A stretch of 64,000 nt of DNA, from IMG/VR virus record IMGVR_UViG_3300026255_000001, positions 17,853 through 81,852 of that record; one strand, given 5' to 3'. Source of the stretch: a virus (lineage: Duplodnaviria > Caudoviricetes). This document shows, in pieces, positions 28,319 through 38,165 of the stretch. The translations under genes were made by a program, and so were the position numbers. Positions within the stretch are counted from its first letter, which is position 1. Every line of letters begins with the position of its first letter. The notes below the pieces were generated by a model. The model did no database searches and was not told where the DNA came from. It saw nothing but the letters and a program-made list of their open reading frames with translations.

Positions 28319-28711
28319 TTATTTTTCCTTCTTCCATTTCTTCCAGGCCTTCTCCATGTCCGGAAGCGCGCAGGCCAGCGCATCCCCGGCTTCGTTGATA
28401 ACTTGCGAGAACTGCGGGTGGGACATCACCAGAAAATACGAATCCGTTGGGCGCCCGAGCTGCCAGGTTGGCGCCAGGTGGACCCTCTCCCGTACAGCCG
28501 ACGCCTCAACGAACTCATGCAACATCCCCTGCACGACCTCGCTCCATACCTTGTTTTTGACGCCCACTTCGACCCTGCAAACAAGACCGGCCTTCCCGGC
28601 CTGCTTTTCGTGCCAAGCCGCGGAGTCGCCTGTGGACGGGTCCAGCCACAGCATAACGTTTCCTGAGTTCATGCCGTACTGGCCAACAAAGATTTTCTTG
28701 GACTTGGTCAC
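28319..28711 (-). CDS. Hypothetical protein, 130 aa
   Basis: GTGA coupling at 28708-28711 (start corrected). Confidence 0.7.
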   Translation of the reverse strand: MTKSKKIFVGQYGMNSGNVMLWLDPSTGDSAAWHEKQAGKAGLVCRVEVGVKNKVWSEVVQGMLHEFVEASAVRERVHLAPTWQLGRPTDSYFLVMSHPQFSQVINEAGDALACALPDMEKAWKKWKKEK

Positions 28712-29133
28712 TTGGTCTCCTCGTTCTCGTTCGTTTCTTCGCACAGCTTCCGGTATCCGCCGCCCTTCAGAGCCGACAGGACCTCGTGCAGCTTGTCGAC
28801 GAGCTGATCCACGACGGCGTCCATCCCGTCCGGCTTGAAGAACGGGCTGATCCACATCGTCTGCGCCCCTCGATGCTCTTCGCTCCAGCCCTGCTCCTTG
28901 AACAGGTCGGCGGGAAGGACGCCGTCGTAGACCTCCGCCCGGGCGCCCAGCTTCATCTCTCCGCGTTCCCGCATCTCCATCAGGTTGCGGTTGTATTCGT
29001 CGACGCGCTCCTCCGTCCAGCCGTCCCACCCGTCCGTCTTGCCCATCCACTCCTGAACCTGTTCCCAGTCCAGCATCGACATGCTCGGGTCGAGCGGGAA
29101 AATCGTCACTTGGATCGTTCCTAGCTTTGTCAC
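28708..29133 (-). CDS. Hypothetical acidic protein, 141 aa
   Basis: GTGA coupling; GGAGGAG RBS. Confidence 0.7.
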   Translation of the reverse strand: MTKLGTIQVTIFPLDPSMSMLDWEQVQEWMGKTDGWDGWTEERVDEYNRNLMEMRERGEMKLGARAEVYDGVLPADLFKEQGWSEEHRGAQTMWISPFFKPDGMDAVVDQLVDKLHEVLSALKGGGYRKLCEETNENEETK

Positions 29134-29396
29134 TTGATCTCCTCCACCCACGTCCGGACCAGCTCTCCGTTCTTGCCAGCCTCGTTCAGCACCTGGTAGC
29201 TCGGAATCGTCTCTCCTTCTGACAGCTCCCTGAACGACTCCGAGTACCCGGCGTATTCGACCGTGTCCGCGATCATGTCATGTTTCACGCGCATTGGCAG
29301 AAACCCGATCTCAACGAACAACTTCAGCACGACGTCCGGATGCTCGTCTAGAAACCGGTAGTCGACGACAATCAATCCTCTTTTATTCTTGTTCAC
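29130..29396 (-). CDS. Hypothetical protein, 88 aa
   Basis: GTGA coupling; GAGGAG RBS. Confidence 0.7.
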   Translation of the reverse strand: MNKNKRGLIVVDYRFLDEHPDVVLKLFVEIGFLPMRVKHDMIADTVEYAGYSESFRELSEGETIPSYQVLNEAGKNGELVRTWVEEIK

Positions 29397-29902
29397 TCGG
29401 TCTCCTCGTCGCTTGGGGGCTTGGTCTTGTACGCGATCTGGTACGAGTCCTTGCACATCACGATCCCGACGCCGATCGGAGCGTCGCGGTACTCCTGCCG
29501 CTGGACAACCCGGTCGCCGATCTTCTCGAGCGGCCGGATCGCGCGCTTCCGCGTCCCTTCCTTCATGTCCGCGATCGCTTCGTCCAGCGAGTTGTACCGG
29601 GCCGGCATCGGGTCGTGGAGGACAAAGGACTCCGGCTCGAACACGACGTCGGACAGGTGCCCCGGCGCGTTGCGGCAGTCGATCGCCCTCCACCCCGCCA
29701 GCGCCGGCTGCGGCTTCGCCATGTTCCGAGCCAGCTTGCGCCACTTCCACCGGGCGATCCATCTCCACCAGGGCGGCTTGGACATGCCGACGATGAACTT
29801 CTGGATGTTCTCCATCGACCAGTTCCCCGCGCGGTCTTTCCAGAAGTCGCGCAGGATGCTTTGGGACAGGGGTCCCAGGAGCTGTTGGGGTTCGTCGCTC
29901 AT
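29393..29902 (-). CDS. Hypothetical protein, 169 aa
   Basis: ATGA coupling at 29899-29902; GGGAG RBS. Confidence 0.7.
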   Translation of the reverse strand: MSDEPQQLLGPLSQSILRDFWKDRAGNWSMENIQKFIVGMSKPPWWRWIARWKWRKLARNMAKPQPALAGWRAIDCRNAPGHLSDVVFEPESFVLHDPMPARYNSLDEAIADMKEGTRKRAIRPLEKIGDRVVQRQEYRDAPIGVGIVMCKDSYQIAYKTKPPSDEETE

Positions 29903-30141
29903 ATCCCGCTCCCTTCGGCCTCGTAGTCCAGCAGCTTCGAGAGCTCCGCCTTCAACATCGCCTTCGCGGCGTCGGTGAATTGGAGGTCCAGCAGGCAGAT
30001 GTCGTTCGACCGGACGCCGTCCTTGCGGAGGAAGTGGCCGATCTCTCCGCAGGGGTTCTCGGAATTTACGACGTTGACCCACTCCAGGCCGTAATGTTCC
30101 GCCACCCAGGCCATGCGGCGGTCTGCATCTTGCACGTTCAC
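29899..30141 (-). CDS. Hypothetical protein, 80 aa
   Basis: GTG start with AGGAG RBS. Confidence 0.65.
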   Translation of the reverse strand: MNVQDADRRMAWVAEHYGLEWVNVVNSENPCGEIGHFLRKDGVRSNDICLLDLQFTDAAKAMLKAELSKLLDYEAEGSGI

Positions 30142-30163
30142 TTCAGTTCTCCTTGACGCGGGC

Positions 30164-30186
30164 GCCCGGGCCTTACTGGCCCGGGC
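30164..30186 (-). other. Intergenic 9-bp hairpin without a U-tract
   Basis: GCCCGGGCC-AGTAA-GGCCCGGGC. Confidence 0.6.
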
Positions 30187-30198
30187 ATCCTTTTGGCA

Positions 30199-30468
30199 TC
30201 AGACCAGCGTGCCCTTGATGGTGCGCTGCTCGACGATCTGGAGCGTGCGCGGATCGCGCTGCACGAAGTTGTACTGGTCCGGCTGGCCCTTGAGGGTCTC
30301 CACGGCCCAGCGCACGATCTCGTCGAACTGCGTGATGGACTGTGCGGGCTGCACGTCGCAGGGCTTGAACTTGCCGTCGGGCAGCCACTGGCCCACAACG
30401 TAGGGCAGCTCGGTCTTGGGCTTGCGGGTCTTGGGGGCCGCGGCGGTCTGGGTATCATCGTCATTCAT
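30199..30468 (-). CDS. Hypothetical protein, 89 aa
   Basis: AGGAGAACGACG-ATG. Confidence 0.75.
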   Translation of the reverse strand: MNDDDTQTAAAPKTRKPKTELPYVVGQWLPDGKFKPCDVQPAQSITQFDEIVRWAVETLKGQPDQYNFVQRDPRTLQIVEQRTIKGTLV

Positions 30469-31108
30469 CGTCGTTCTCCTGTTGGTTTTCGTCCCCGGCA
30501 CCTTGCCGGGACAAATCTTTCTTGTCGTCGCCCTGGGCGATGGTCACGGGGCCGGCCGCGTTGATCGTCATCCAGGGCTGTTTGCCCCTGGACTTGCCGT
30601 CAGGCAGCGCGGACTCCGACAGCGCGGGCACCGTGCCGTCGATGCCGGCGGCCTTCATCAGCTTGTCGGCGATCTGCGCCACGGCCTCCGCGAGGCGGCG
30701 CGCGTCCATGGTGCGGTACTTCGAGTCGGCGTCGCCCAGGCTGTTGCCGATCTCGTCGGACAACAGTTTGACCACAGGGCTCAACTGATCCACCAGGTCC
30801 TTGGCTACTTTCCGCCGGGCGTCCCGGACATAATCGGCGAAGTCGACGGCGGCGGCGACCTGCAGATCCTCGAGCCGCTCGATCCGCGTGGACCTCCAGC
30901 CGTAGACCGACACCATCTTCTGGCAGACCTCGTAGGGCAGCTTCGGAAACAGGGTGGACAGTTCCTTTGGGCCGGCCGCCTTGCCGTTGACGTAGGCTTC
31001 CTTGGCGGCGACCATGATGTCCATGAGCTCGTTGACGTCCTTGACGTCGGGGCACATCGACATCAGGTCGTCGATGCGGCTTTTGCGGACGGGGGCGTTC
31101 TCACTCAT
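30461..31108 (-). CDS. Helical DNA-binding protein, possible terminase small subunit, 215 aa
   Basis: HTH-like N-half (LFPKLPYEVCQKMVSVYGW), long helices and C-terminal beta-strand (WMTINA). Architecture only. Confidence 0.4.
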   Translation of the reverse strand: MSENAPVRKSRIDDLMSMCPDVKDVNELMDIMVAAKEAYVNGKAAGPKELSTLFPKLPYEVCQKMVSVYGWRSTRIERLEDLQVAAAVDFADYVRDARRKVAKDLVDQLSPVVKLLSDEIGNSLGDADSKYRTMDARRLAEAVAQIADKLMKAAGIDGTVPALSESALPDGKSRGKQPWMTINAAGPVTIAQGDDKKDLSRQGAGDENQQENDDE

Positions 31109-31355
31109 TCTCGTTCTCCTTGCCCACATATACAGGGATGTCGGGGTTCAAGTCAACCAGGGTGCGGGCCGGGACCCTGGCCGTCACGAGGAACTCCGGA
31201 ATGTCGACCCCGGCGAGCCGTAGATCGGCCAGCGCGGCGTCCTCGGCCCTCGACAGCGAGGCCGCCACGGGGCGCAGGTCGCCGTTCTTCAGGGGCTTCA
31301 GCAGCAGCCAGACCTTGGAGGACAGCCGGGCGTCGAAATCGAGGGGGCGGGGCAT
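31101..31355 (-). CDS. Hypothetical protein, 84 aa
   Basis: TGATG overlap with the upstream gene. Confidence 0.65.
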   Translation of the reverse strand: MPRPLDFDARLSSKVWLLLKPLKNGDLRPVAASLSRAEDAALADLRLAGVDIPEFLVTARVPARTLVDLNPDIPVYVGKENENE

Positions 31356-31558
31356 CAGGCTTCCCATCCCGCCAGCGCCGCCAGGCGCGTGTTGACTTCT
31401 TCGACCAAGGCTTCAACTACGGCCTTCACCTGGTCGCTTTGGATTCTTGGCATGGCTTCCGGCGCCGCGTAGCGCAGGTCCACGCCCTTGTCCATCTTGG
31501 CCTGGGCGTACTTCACGTTTGCTTTTTCGATGACTTCGTCTGTGCTGATCAGTTTCAT
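31355..31558 (-). CDS. Hypothetical protein, 67 aa
   Basis: AGGAGAACGACC-ATG. Confidence 0.75.
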   Translation of the reverse strand: MKLISTDEVIEKANVKYAQAKMDKGVDLRYAAPEAMPRIQSDQVKAVVEALVEEVNTRLAALAGWEA

Positions 31559-31568
31559 GGTCGTTCTC

Positions 31569-33896
31569 CTAGCTCTGGTATTCGGTGTTCACGGTGGGAT
31601 CGAAGGGGCTAAGCATAGCGTCGTCGAAGACGACCTTCCATTTGCCGTTGGGCAGCTTCTCGATGCCGAAGCCGCGGGACGCCAGGGTCGCCAGGGCTCC
31701 GGTGAACTGCGTGTTGCTGAGGCGCGCGATGATCTGGGGCGCGAAGACGGCGAGCTCGCGGTACAGCCTTGACGAGCGTCCCTCCCACACCCAGGCCCTG
31801 CCGCCCTCCTGGGCGGGCATTTCCCGGACGCCGGAGAGCGTGGCCGACACGGCGTCGGGGGATTCGCGCCACTCCTCGATCAGGTCGCAGAGCACGTCGA
31901 GCAGCGTGTGAGGCACGCCGGACGACGACGCGGCCTCGCGAAGGTCCTCGTGGTGGTAGGCCCGGATGCCGTAGCGCCCTCGGTAGGACTCTGGAGCCCA
32001 GACCCAGTCGGGCGGGACCCAATGCAGCAGGAACCTGGCGAAGAAGGGCAGCTCCTTTGCCAGGATGGCGCTCTGTTCATCCTCGCCGGGCAGGTGGATC
32101 CCGGCCTGGACCTGATACATCGAGGTCTTGTCGAGGTTCGACTGGTCCAGCGACGGCAGGCTGCGCTGGCTCTCGGGGTCCACGTTGAGCGCAAGGATCG
32201 TGCTCCCGGCCCACTCGACCTCCCCGTTGGCGCCGTACTTCTTGTTATAGTGCATCGACTTGTTGGCCGCCATCTTCTTCATCAGCGACGTGAACCGCCG
32301 GTGGAACTCCGGGCTCGTCGCCGGCGTGGCGTCGTCGATGAAATTGATTGGCTTCTCGGCGACGACCGAGGTGAAGTCCTTGCCCTCGACCATCATGGGG
32401 GTGCCGTCGGCGACGCCGCCCAGCAGGGCGCCCAGGATGCCCCGGACGTAGAAGGTCTTGCCGACGCCCGGGGGTCCGGCGATGATGAGAGCCTGCCGCT
32501 TCGGGGGGTTCTTTCGCCAGGCTCCCTGGTACACGCGCGACACCCACGCCAGGTTCAGAATCATCGGGACGTCGGCGAGCTCGACCTCCTCGGGCACCCA
32601 GAACGGGCGGCGGCGGGGCGGCACGAACCATTGCTTGTAGAACAGACGGACCCACGGGAAATACTTGGGCCCCCACAGGTCGAGCTCGTAGGGCGTGGCG
32701 TCGTCGATCTCGGGGGCCGGGGGCATGACGTGGTAGGTCGCCGTGTTGAGGTGGCGCTCGCCATTGTAGTAGATCACCCCGCTGTCCCGGTGGATGAATG
32801 GCAGCGCCGCCACGACTTCGTTACTCTTGATGATGGCCTCCTCGAGCTTATCCATCTCGCTGGAGCCGTTGACCCGCTTCGCCGAGATGCCTTCGACCCG
32901 CAGGGTGCGCCGGAGCTCCTCGATGGTGCTCGACCTCCAGCGCCCGGTGACTTCGCTGAATCGCCAGAACTTGGCTGGGTCCGGCGTGAAGAACACGGAG
33001 TCCATGAACTTGCCCCAGCTGTCGCCGCGCAGCTCGTCGACGAACTGCACCCCGAAGATGTCCTCCCAGGACACGAAGGGCTTGGGGCCCGTGAAGCAGA
33101 TCATGCCATGGGTTCCCACGATGCACCCGCGCGGATTGTCCGCGGACGGATCCCAGAAGCGGACCCCCTGGCTCCCTTCAGCGAAGTTGCCTTCCCAGCG
33201 GCCGGGGAACTGTTCGGCGACTGCGGCGGCTATGTCCTCGATGTTGGGAGCAGGGCGGTCCTTGAAATCAGAAATGCGCAGATCCCGGGCGGCCTCGGCG
33301 GCCCAGCCCAGTAGGATATTATAAGGTATAGGGTCCGCGCCCGTAGGCTTCCAGTCCCGGCCTATCTCGAAGTACATGGTGTGCTTGTGGCCGGACTCGT
33401 CGTAGCCCCCGATCCATTTGCTGGGCATCAGGCGGTTGGCGAGCACCTTGTAGAACTGCTTGGCGTGCTGGGCCCCGATCAGACGGATCGGCCGCTCGAA
33501 GACCCACACCAGACGGCGCTTGAACCTGCCGCTGTCGCCCTCCTGCGAGAACGACTTGACCGTGTAGGTCGGCACGTAGGGCGAGGGCGCGTCGGCCAGG
33601 CAGACCTCCAGCCGCTCGTCGGAGATCGCGGCGTCGCAGTCCGCGATGTAGGCCGACATCGAGGCCGGGGGATTGTCCTCGTCGTTGCGCGCGCCCTTGT
33701 CGGTGACCCTGCGCTTGGGGTCCAGTCCAACGACGCCGGAGATGAAGGCATGCTTCGTCGTCGCCGACGTGCGCCACGCCTCCATCTTGGCCTTGTCCGT
33801 AATTTCGGCGGGGATGGGGTACTCGGCCCATTGGTCCCACGGTTTCGGTATGGCGAACGTGGCGCTCGCCCTTGTGTTCGGAATAGCTCTCATCAT
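31569..33896 (-). CDS. Primase-helicase (AEP/PrimPol-like N-terminus plus D5-like SF3 P-loop domain), 775 aa
   Basis: IADCD (DxD) and KSFS...RRLVWVF primase-like motifs; Walker A GPPGVGKT, Walker B INFIDD; adjacent to PolA. Confidence 0.8.
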   Translation of the reverse strand: MMRAIPNTRASATFAIPKPWDQWAEYPIPAEITDKAKMEAWRTSATTKHAFISGVVGLDPKRRVTDKGARNDEDNPPASMSAYIADCDAAISDERLEVCLADAPSPYVPTYTVKSFSQEGDSGRFKRRLVWVFERPIRLIGAQHAKQFYKVLANRLMPSKWIGGYDESGHKHTMYFEIGRDWKPTGADPIPYNILLGWAAEAARDLRISDFKDRPAPNIEDIAAAVAEQFPGRWEGNFAEGSQGVRFWDPSADNPRGCIVGTHGMICFTGPKPFVSWEDIFGVQFVDELRGDSWGKFMDSVFFTPDPAKFWRFSEVTGRWRSSTIEELRRTLRVEGISAKRVNGSSEMDKLEEAIIKSNEVVAALPFIHRDSGVIYYNGERHLNTATYHVMPPAPEIDDATPYELDLWGPKYFPWVRLFYKQWFVPPRRRPFWVPEEVELADVPMILNLAWVSRVYQGAWRKNPPKRQALIIAGPPGVGKTFYVRGILGALLGGVADGTPMMVEGKDFTSVVAEKPINFIDDATPATSPEFHRRFTSLMKKMAANKSMHYNKKYGANGEVEWAGSTILALNVDPESQRSLPSLDQSNLDKTSMYQVQAGIHLPGEDEQSAILAKELPFFARFLLHWVPPDWVWAPESYRGRYGIRAYHHEDLREAASSSGVPHTLLDVLCDLIEEWRESPDAVSATLSGVREMPAQEGGRAWVWEGRSSRLYRELAVFAPQIIARLSNTQFTGALATLASRGFGIEKLPNGKWKVVFDDAMLSPFDPTVNTEYQS

Positions 33897-33916
33897 CAGT
33901 TCCCTTGAGTCCGAGA

Positions 33917-36028
33917 TTATTTGGTGTAGAAGTCTACCAGGTGCCCGTCCAGCCCCAGCGGGATGAACGCCGCCCAGGAATTGTTCCCCGTCTCAAGCAG
34001 CAGCTTGTCGACGTCTTCGCCCGTCTGCCCTGGCTTCAGCTCGACAACGTACTCGTCGTGCGCGGTGAACGCCACGTCGTATCCGGCCTCGTGCAGGGCT
34101 ACCCAGCCGTCGCGGAGCACGTCGCGGCACATGGCCTGGACCACATTTTCCGTGAGCAATCCGCCGTACAGCTTCCGGTAGGACGAGGGGTCGCCTTTGG
34201 CGTTCTGCGAGAAAATCTCCGTGCGCTCGACCAGCTTGTCCCCTTCGTCCGTCTTTCGGATGACCTTGACCGTCCTCTTGCGGACGTTCCAATAGTACAT
34301 GGGCCGCCCGGACGGGAGCCGAATAATCATCAGTTCTTTGCGCGCCGAGGCCGCTTTTTCGGCCGTGCGCTGCAGCTTGCTCCAGAGCCTACAGATATAA
34401 TCCCGCGTATGATTCCGGAACCCATCAACCACGACCTGCGCTTCGGCCTCGGTCCAGCGAATCACGGCTTCGGGGCGGGGATCGTCCTTCGTCATGAGAT
34501 ACGCCGCACGGGCCAGTCTGGCCGCACCGCCGCCGAACCCCAGCAACAGAACTTCCATCTTCTTCTGCTGGTAAAGCGGGACATCTTCCGTCTTCAAATC
34601 TTCCCAAGTCCGCCCCATCGTGGTCTCGGCGTGGGCCTGGTAGACACTCATGCCCTCGCGCAACTTCGGCAAGATGCGCTCGTCCTTGACCAGCGCCAAC
34701 AGCCCGCGCGCCTCAACCTGGTTATAGTCCGTGACGTAGAACGGCCCCTTGAGACAGCGGCGCAGGTCGAACCCGGTTCCCTTGATCGGTTTTTTGTTCT
34801 CGTCCAGGAGGCAGAACATCTCATACTTCGGAAGGTTCTGCACATTGAAGAAACCTGCTCCGCTCCACCGCCCTGTGTGTCCACCGAAGTATTTCAGCTG
34901 GACGCGGTACTTGCCATCGGCAGAAGTGAACTTCTGCAGGTGCTGAAACTTCTGGAGCAGCATGTTGTACCGCCGCCAGTCGCGCACGGCCCCGATCCAA
35001 CCGTAGGTGTCGCCGTATTCGTCCTCCCATTCCTCACAATCTTCGTCGTCTTTGGCGAAGCTCGACGGGTACCACATGAACTTTGTCAACATCCAGCAGC
35101 CAGTCTCCTCGTCAATGTCGATCCGGCAGGGGAACACGCGCTTCGGGTCTTCACCAAACCACAGCTCGTTGAGCGCCGCCGTGACCGACTCGCTGTCGGA
35201 CGGGTCGAGTTGGCTTATGGCCTGAAATTCCTCGGGCTCCAATTCACGCCACTCGACTACCTCCTGCTGGGCCTGCTCGATCATCTTCTTGCGGGCCAGC
35301 GGGGTCTTCTGCGGATCCCACTCCCACGGGATCGACTTGGCGGCGGCGAACATGCGTTCGTGGAGGCGCGCCACACAGTCGTCCACATAGTCCATGTCGA
35401 TCTTGACGCCGCGCCACCCGCCCTCCCGGGCGATCCGGGACACCTTGCGCTCGATCTCAGGCCAGTTCTCGCTCCACTCCATCCACAGCTTGCGGCAAAG
35501 GATGGCGTCGTTGGCTGCATAGGTGCGAATCTCGGGGTCGTCCATCATCCTTTCGACAGGGAGCCCCTTCATCCGGTCGCGGACTTCGCGGCCCTTTTTA
35601 GCGACATCGGGCATCTTGAACACGAACTGCGCGATGTCCTTCAGGGCGCGGGGCAGCTTGAAATAGGCCGCCATGTCGGCCGTGCAGTGCAGCTCCGCAT
35701 AATTGATCTTCGGGATGACCCCCTCCTCTTCGAGGCGGCGCAGGACGAGCCCGTCAAATCCCATGTTGTGCGCGAGAACGATTTTGCCCTCGAGCATGGC
35801 CCAGTCGAAGTCTTGGGGCCTCCCCACCCAGACGAAGTTGTCGGGGCCGGCTACAGACAAAAGATAGATCTCGGTTTCGGGGTCGTAGACGTAAGCCCAG
35901 GTAGGTTTGACTTTGAGGGAGCTTGTTTTCGAGTACGTAGACTCGAAGTCGATGCTCCAGGTGTTCGCATCGTCGGGTGGAAGCGTAGCAATCGTCATCG
36001 GCAGTTCCCTTTCGCCATCGCGTGGCAT
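33917..36028 (-). CDS. polA: Family A DNA polymerase with 3'-5' exonuclease
   Basis: Exo I IDFEST, Exo II HNMGFD, Exo III YAANDA; TGRWSG..NVQNLP; motif A DYNQVEAR; motif C AHDE. Confidence 0.95.
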   Translation of the reverse strand: MPRDGERELPMTIATLPPDDANTWSIDFESTYSKTSSLKVKPTWAYVYDPETEIYLLSVAGPDNFVWVGRPQDFDWAMLEGKIVLAHNMGFDGLVLRRLEEEGVIPKINYAELHCTADMAAYFKLPRALKDIAQFVFKMPDVAKKGREVRDRMKGLPVERMMDDPEIRTYAANDAILCRKLWMEWSENWPEIERKVSRIAREGGWRGVKIDMDYVDDCVARLHERMFAAAKSIPWEWDPQKTPLARKKMIEQAQQEVVEWRELEPEEFQAISQLDPSDSESVTAALNELWFGEDPKRVFPCRIDIDEETGCWMLTKFMWYPSSFAKDDEDCEEWEDEYGDTYGWIGAVRDWRRYNMLLQKFQHLQKFTSADGKYRVQLKYFGGHTGRWSGAGFFNVQNLPKYEMFCLLDENKKPIKGTGFDLRRCLKGPFYVTDYNQVEARGLLALVKDERILPKLREGMSVYQAHAETTMGRTWEDLKTEDVPLYQQKKMEVLLLGFGGGAARLARAAYLMTKDDPRPEAVIRWTEAEAQVVVDGFRNHTRDYICRLWSKLQRTAEKAASARKELMIIRLPSGRPMYYWNVRKRTVKVIRKTDEGDKLVERTEIFSQNAKGDPSSYRKLYGGLLTENVVQAMCRDVLRDGWVALHEAGYDVAFTAHDEYVVELKPGQTGEDVDKLLLETGNNSWAAFIPLGLDGHLVDFYTK

Positions 36029-36067
36029 TCATTCTTCTCCTTGATGGACCGCGTCCATCTGATGCCC

Positions 36068-36096
36068 ATGAAACCATAGTCCTCCGCCCTTGTCAA
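36068..36096 (-). promoter_or_regulatory. Candidate promoter for the polA-primase operon
   Basis: TTGACA, 12 nt, TATG, G, TTTCAT. Perfect -35 and TRTG, weak -10. Confidence 0.45.
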
Positions 36097-36106
36097 GAGG
36101 CTGAAT

Positions 36107-36145
36107 AAAAAAAATCCCCGCCCCTGCTTTCGCAGAGACGGGGAT
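36107..36145 (-). terminator. Rho-independent terminator after the SSB gene
   Basis: ATCCCCGTCTCTGC-GAAA-GCAGGGGCGGGGAT followed by a long T run. Confidence 0.9.
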
Positions 36146-36171
36146 GTTCACTTATTCAGTGGTGGCCGGGG

Positions 36172-37005
36172 TTACGGGAACTCGTCGGCGTCGTCGTCGT
36201 TCACGGACACCGGTACGCTCATGGCGCTCTTGATGTTCTCGACGACATACGGATCCAGGATTCCCTTGAACCGGGCGCGGATCACGAACGGACGGTTGAC
36301 GGACTTCTTGCCCGGAGCCGCCAGCTCAGTGTTCAGCTCCCAGAGCCCGGAGTACAACCCCGTGCTCTTGAGCTTGTTGTTCACCGTGATGGCGATGTCG
36401 TTGATGAACGCTTTGTAGCCTGTCTTGTCCAAGGAGAGCAGAGCAAACCCCCATTCCGTGGGCTTGCCTCCATCCTCGATGCCGAGATCCACGCCGAACA
36501 GGGCGTCAGAGACCCCCTCATTGCGGCGCAGCAGCAGCACGATGTCCATGGCGGGGCCGACGTCGGGGCCGATGTCGCCCTCCCATTCCGTGCGCAAGCC
36601 GGCCGCGGCGGCCTCCTGCTTGTTCTTGAACGTGCGGGGCCTGCGGCCTTCGGTCCAGGCGGCCTGGTCCAGGCGCTCCTTCTGGTACTGGTCGATGGCG
36701 ATCAGAATGGCCTGCACCCGCTCGCCTTTCTTGCAGACGCAGTGCTCCTTCTTGAGCACGAGGTCGCCCGCGTTGAATTTTTCGATCAGTTCCTTCGAGG
36801 TGCCGTGCACCAGCGAGAGGAAGGGAGGCCGGACTCCGTCCATGTCCAGCACCACGGCGTCTTCGGGATTCATCATCCCCATGCCCTGCCGGGTCGCCGG
36901 GACATAGTTGTGGTCGGCTTCCTCCTGGCCCCCGAGCTCCTCCGGCACGCCCTCGGTGAGGTCCATGTCGGCGGGTTCTTCGGCGGGTTTGTTTTTGGGA
37001 GCCAT
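36172..37005 (-). CDS. Single-stranded DNA-binding protein (phage type), 277 aa
   Basis: Acidic-aromatic tail DDDADEFP; PFLSLVHGTS motif; next to polA. Confidence 0.6.
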   Translation of the reverse strand: MAPKNKPAEEPADMDLTEGVPEELGGQEEADHNYVPATRQGMGMMNPEDAVVLDMDGVRPPFLSLVHGTSKELIEKFNAGDLVLKKEHCVCKKGERVQAILIAIDQYQKERLDQAAWTEGRRPRTFKNKQEAAAAGLRTEWEGDIGPDVGPAMDIVLLLRRNEGVSDALFGVDLGIEDGGKPTEWGFALLSLDKTGYKAFINDIAITVNNKLKSTGLYSGLWELNTELAAPGKKSVNRPFVIRARFKGILDPYVVENIKSAMSVPVSVNDDDADEFP

Positions 37006-37136
37006 TATGTTTTCCTTTTCGTTATGTTTTTATGGCTTCTATGTTTCTTTGGATTCCAATGATTCTTGGTTTTCAGTATTGCATTAGGGTGTCAGTCTGC
37101 GTTCTGCCGCGGTTGCACCTCCTTCCAAAGATTCAT

Positions 37137-37166
37137 AGTATACACATAACCCGGGGAAGCGGTCAA
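37137..37166 (-). promoter_or_regulatory. Sigma70-like promoter for the SSB gene
   Basis: TTGACC, 18 nt, TATACT. Confidence 0.65.
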
Positions 37167-37585
37167 TCCCCGAAGTAAAACAACCCGGCATACCACAGCA
37201 GGGCCTCCTCTTCCGCTTGGCTGGCCGGGACATACGGTTCCCACGGCGTGAACCAGTCCTGGAATTCCAGCACGGCGGTCTCGGGTTCCAAGTGTTCATC
37301 GAGCCTTCCGACGATGCGAAACGCCGGGCCCCCGGTGCCCAGGAGAATGCTGTATTCTTCCGGAGCTGGCGTCTCCCGGCCCGGCTGATACCACCCGCTT
37401 CGGACGCCGACGGACAGCGGCTCCTGGTGGATGCGGTCCACGATGTCGTCGTACGTCAGTTGCTCGCCGTCGTACTCCACCGGGTTGTCCAGGTCCTGGG
37501 CCTCTTGCCATTTGGTTTGTTGCTCCAAGATGCCGGCGGCGATAGACGCCGCCTGCGACTTGACTCCGTCTTGGTCTGTGCTCAT
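37163..37585 (-). CDS. Conserved-looking acidic phage protein, 140 aa
   Basis: EYSILLGTGGPAFRIVG...QDWFTPW; ATGA coupling. Confidence 0.75.
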   Translation of the reverse strand: MSTDQDGVKSQAASIAAGILEQQTKWQEAQDLDNPVEYDGEQLTYDDIVDRIHQEPLSVGVRSGWYQPGRETPAPEEYSILLGTGGPAFRIVGRLDEHLEPETAVLEFQDWFTPWEPYVPASQAEEEALLWYAGLFYFGD

Positions 37586-37869
37586 GTTCCACAATCTCCA
37601 CTGTCGTATTTGTACGTGAACCCACACTCGACGCAGGTCACCTGATGCACACAGGATCCCAGCGATAAGTCGGCCTGTTTGTGTTTGCAGTCCCGGACAA
37701 GCGGAGGTGTTTTTCTCCATCCGTTCGCCCAGCCCAGATCAACCAGCGGCGGACGCCGCCTTTCGGCTTTGTCCGCCATCTCGATCTCGGTCATTTCCTG
37801 GAGGTCAGTCTTCATCGGCCACGCCCCGTTTGTTGCCGAAGCCGGCCCGCCGTTTTGTTCTTTGCTCAT
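37582..37869 (-). CDS. Zn-ribbon protein, 95 aa
   Basis: CKH...CVHQVTCVEC; ATGA coupling. Confidence 0.65.
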   Translation of the reverse strand: MSKEQNGGPASATNGAWPMKTDLQEMTEIEMADKAERRRPPLVDLGWANGWRKTPPLVRDCKHKQADLSLGSCVHQVTCVECGFTYKYDSGDCGT

Positions 37870-38165
37870 TTCTTCCTCCGAGGCCTGTCCAAACTGACCG
37901 TCGCCTTGTTGTCGACGATCTTCAGCTCGAATCCGGGTACTGCTTTCAGGACGTTCATCGCCGTGGCCCACATTCGCGGCTGCGGGATCTCGCAGGACAT
38001 GAAGCTCGCGCCGGATATGCCGCTTTTGTGCCGTTTGACAAAGCTGATCTCCGCCATCCACCCTCCGCCGCAGTACATTTGTACTTCGATTCCTTCTTCC
38101 AGTTCTTTCCGTATCGCGGCGGGCGACATCATCGCCCGGACGTTTGTACTTTTCTTTTTGCTCAT
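37866..38165 (-). CDS. Hypothetical protein, 99 aa
   Basis: ATGA coupling; GAGGA RBS. Confidence 0.7.
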   Translation of the reverse strand: MSKKKSTNVRAMMSPAAIRKELEEGIEVQMYCGGGWMAEISFVKRHKSGISGASFMSCEIPQPRMWATAMNVLKAVPGFELKIVDNKATVSLDRPRRKK

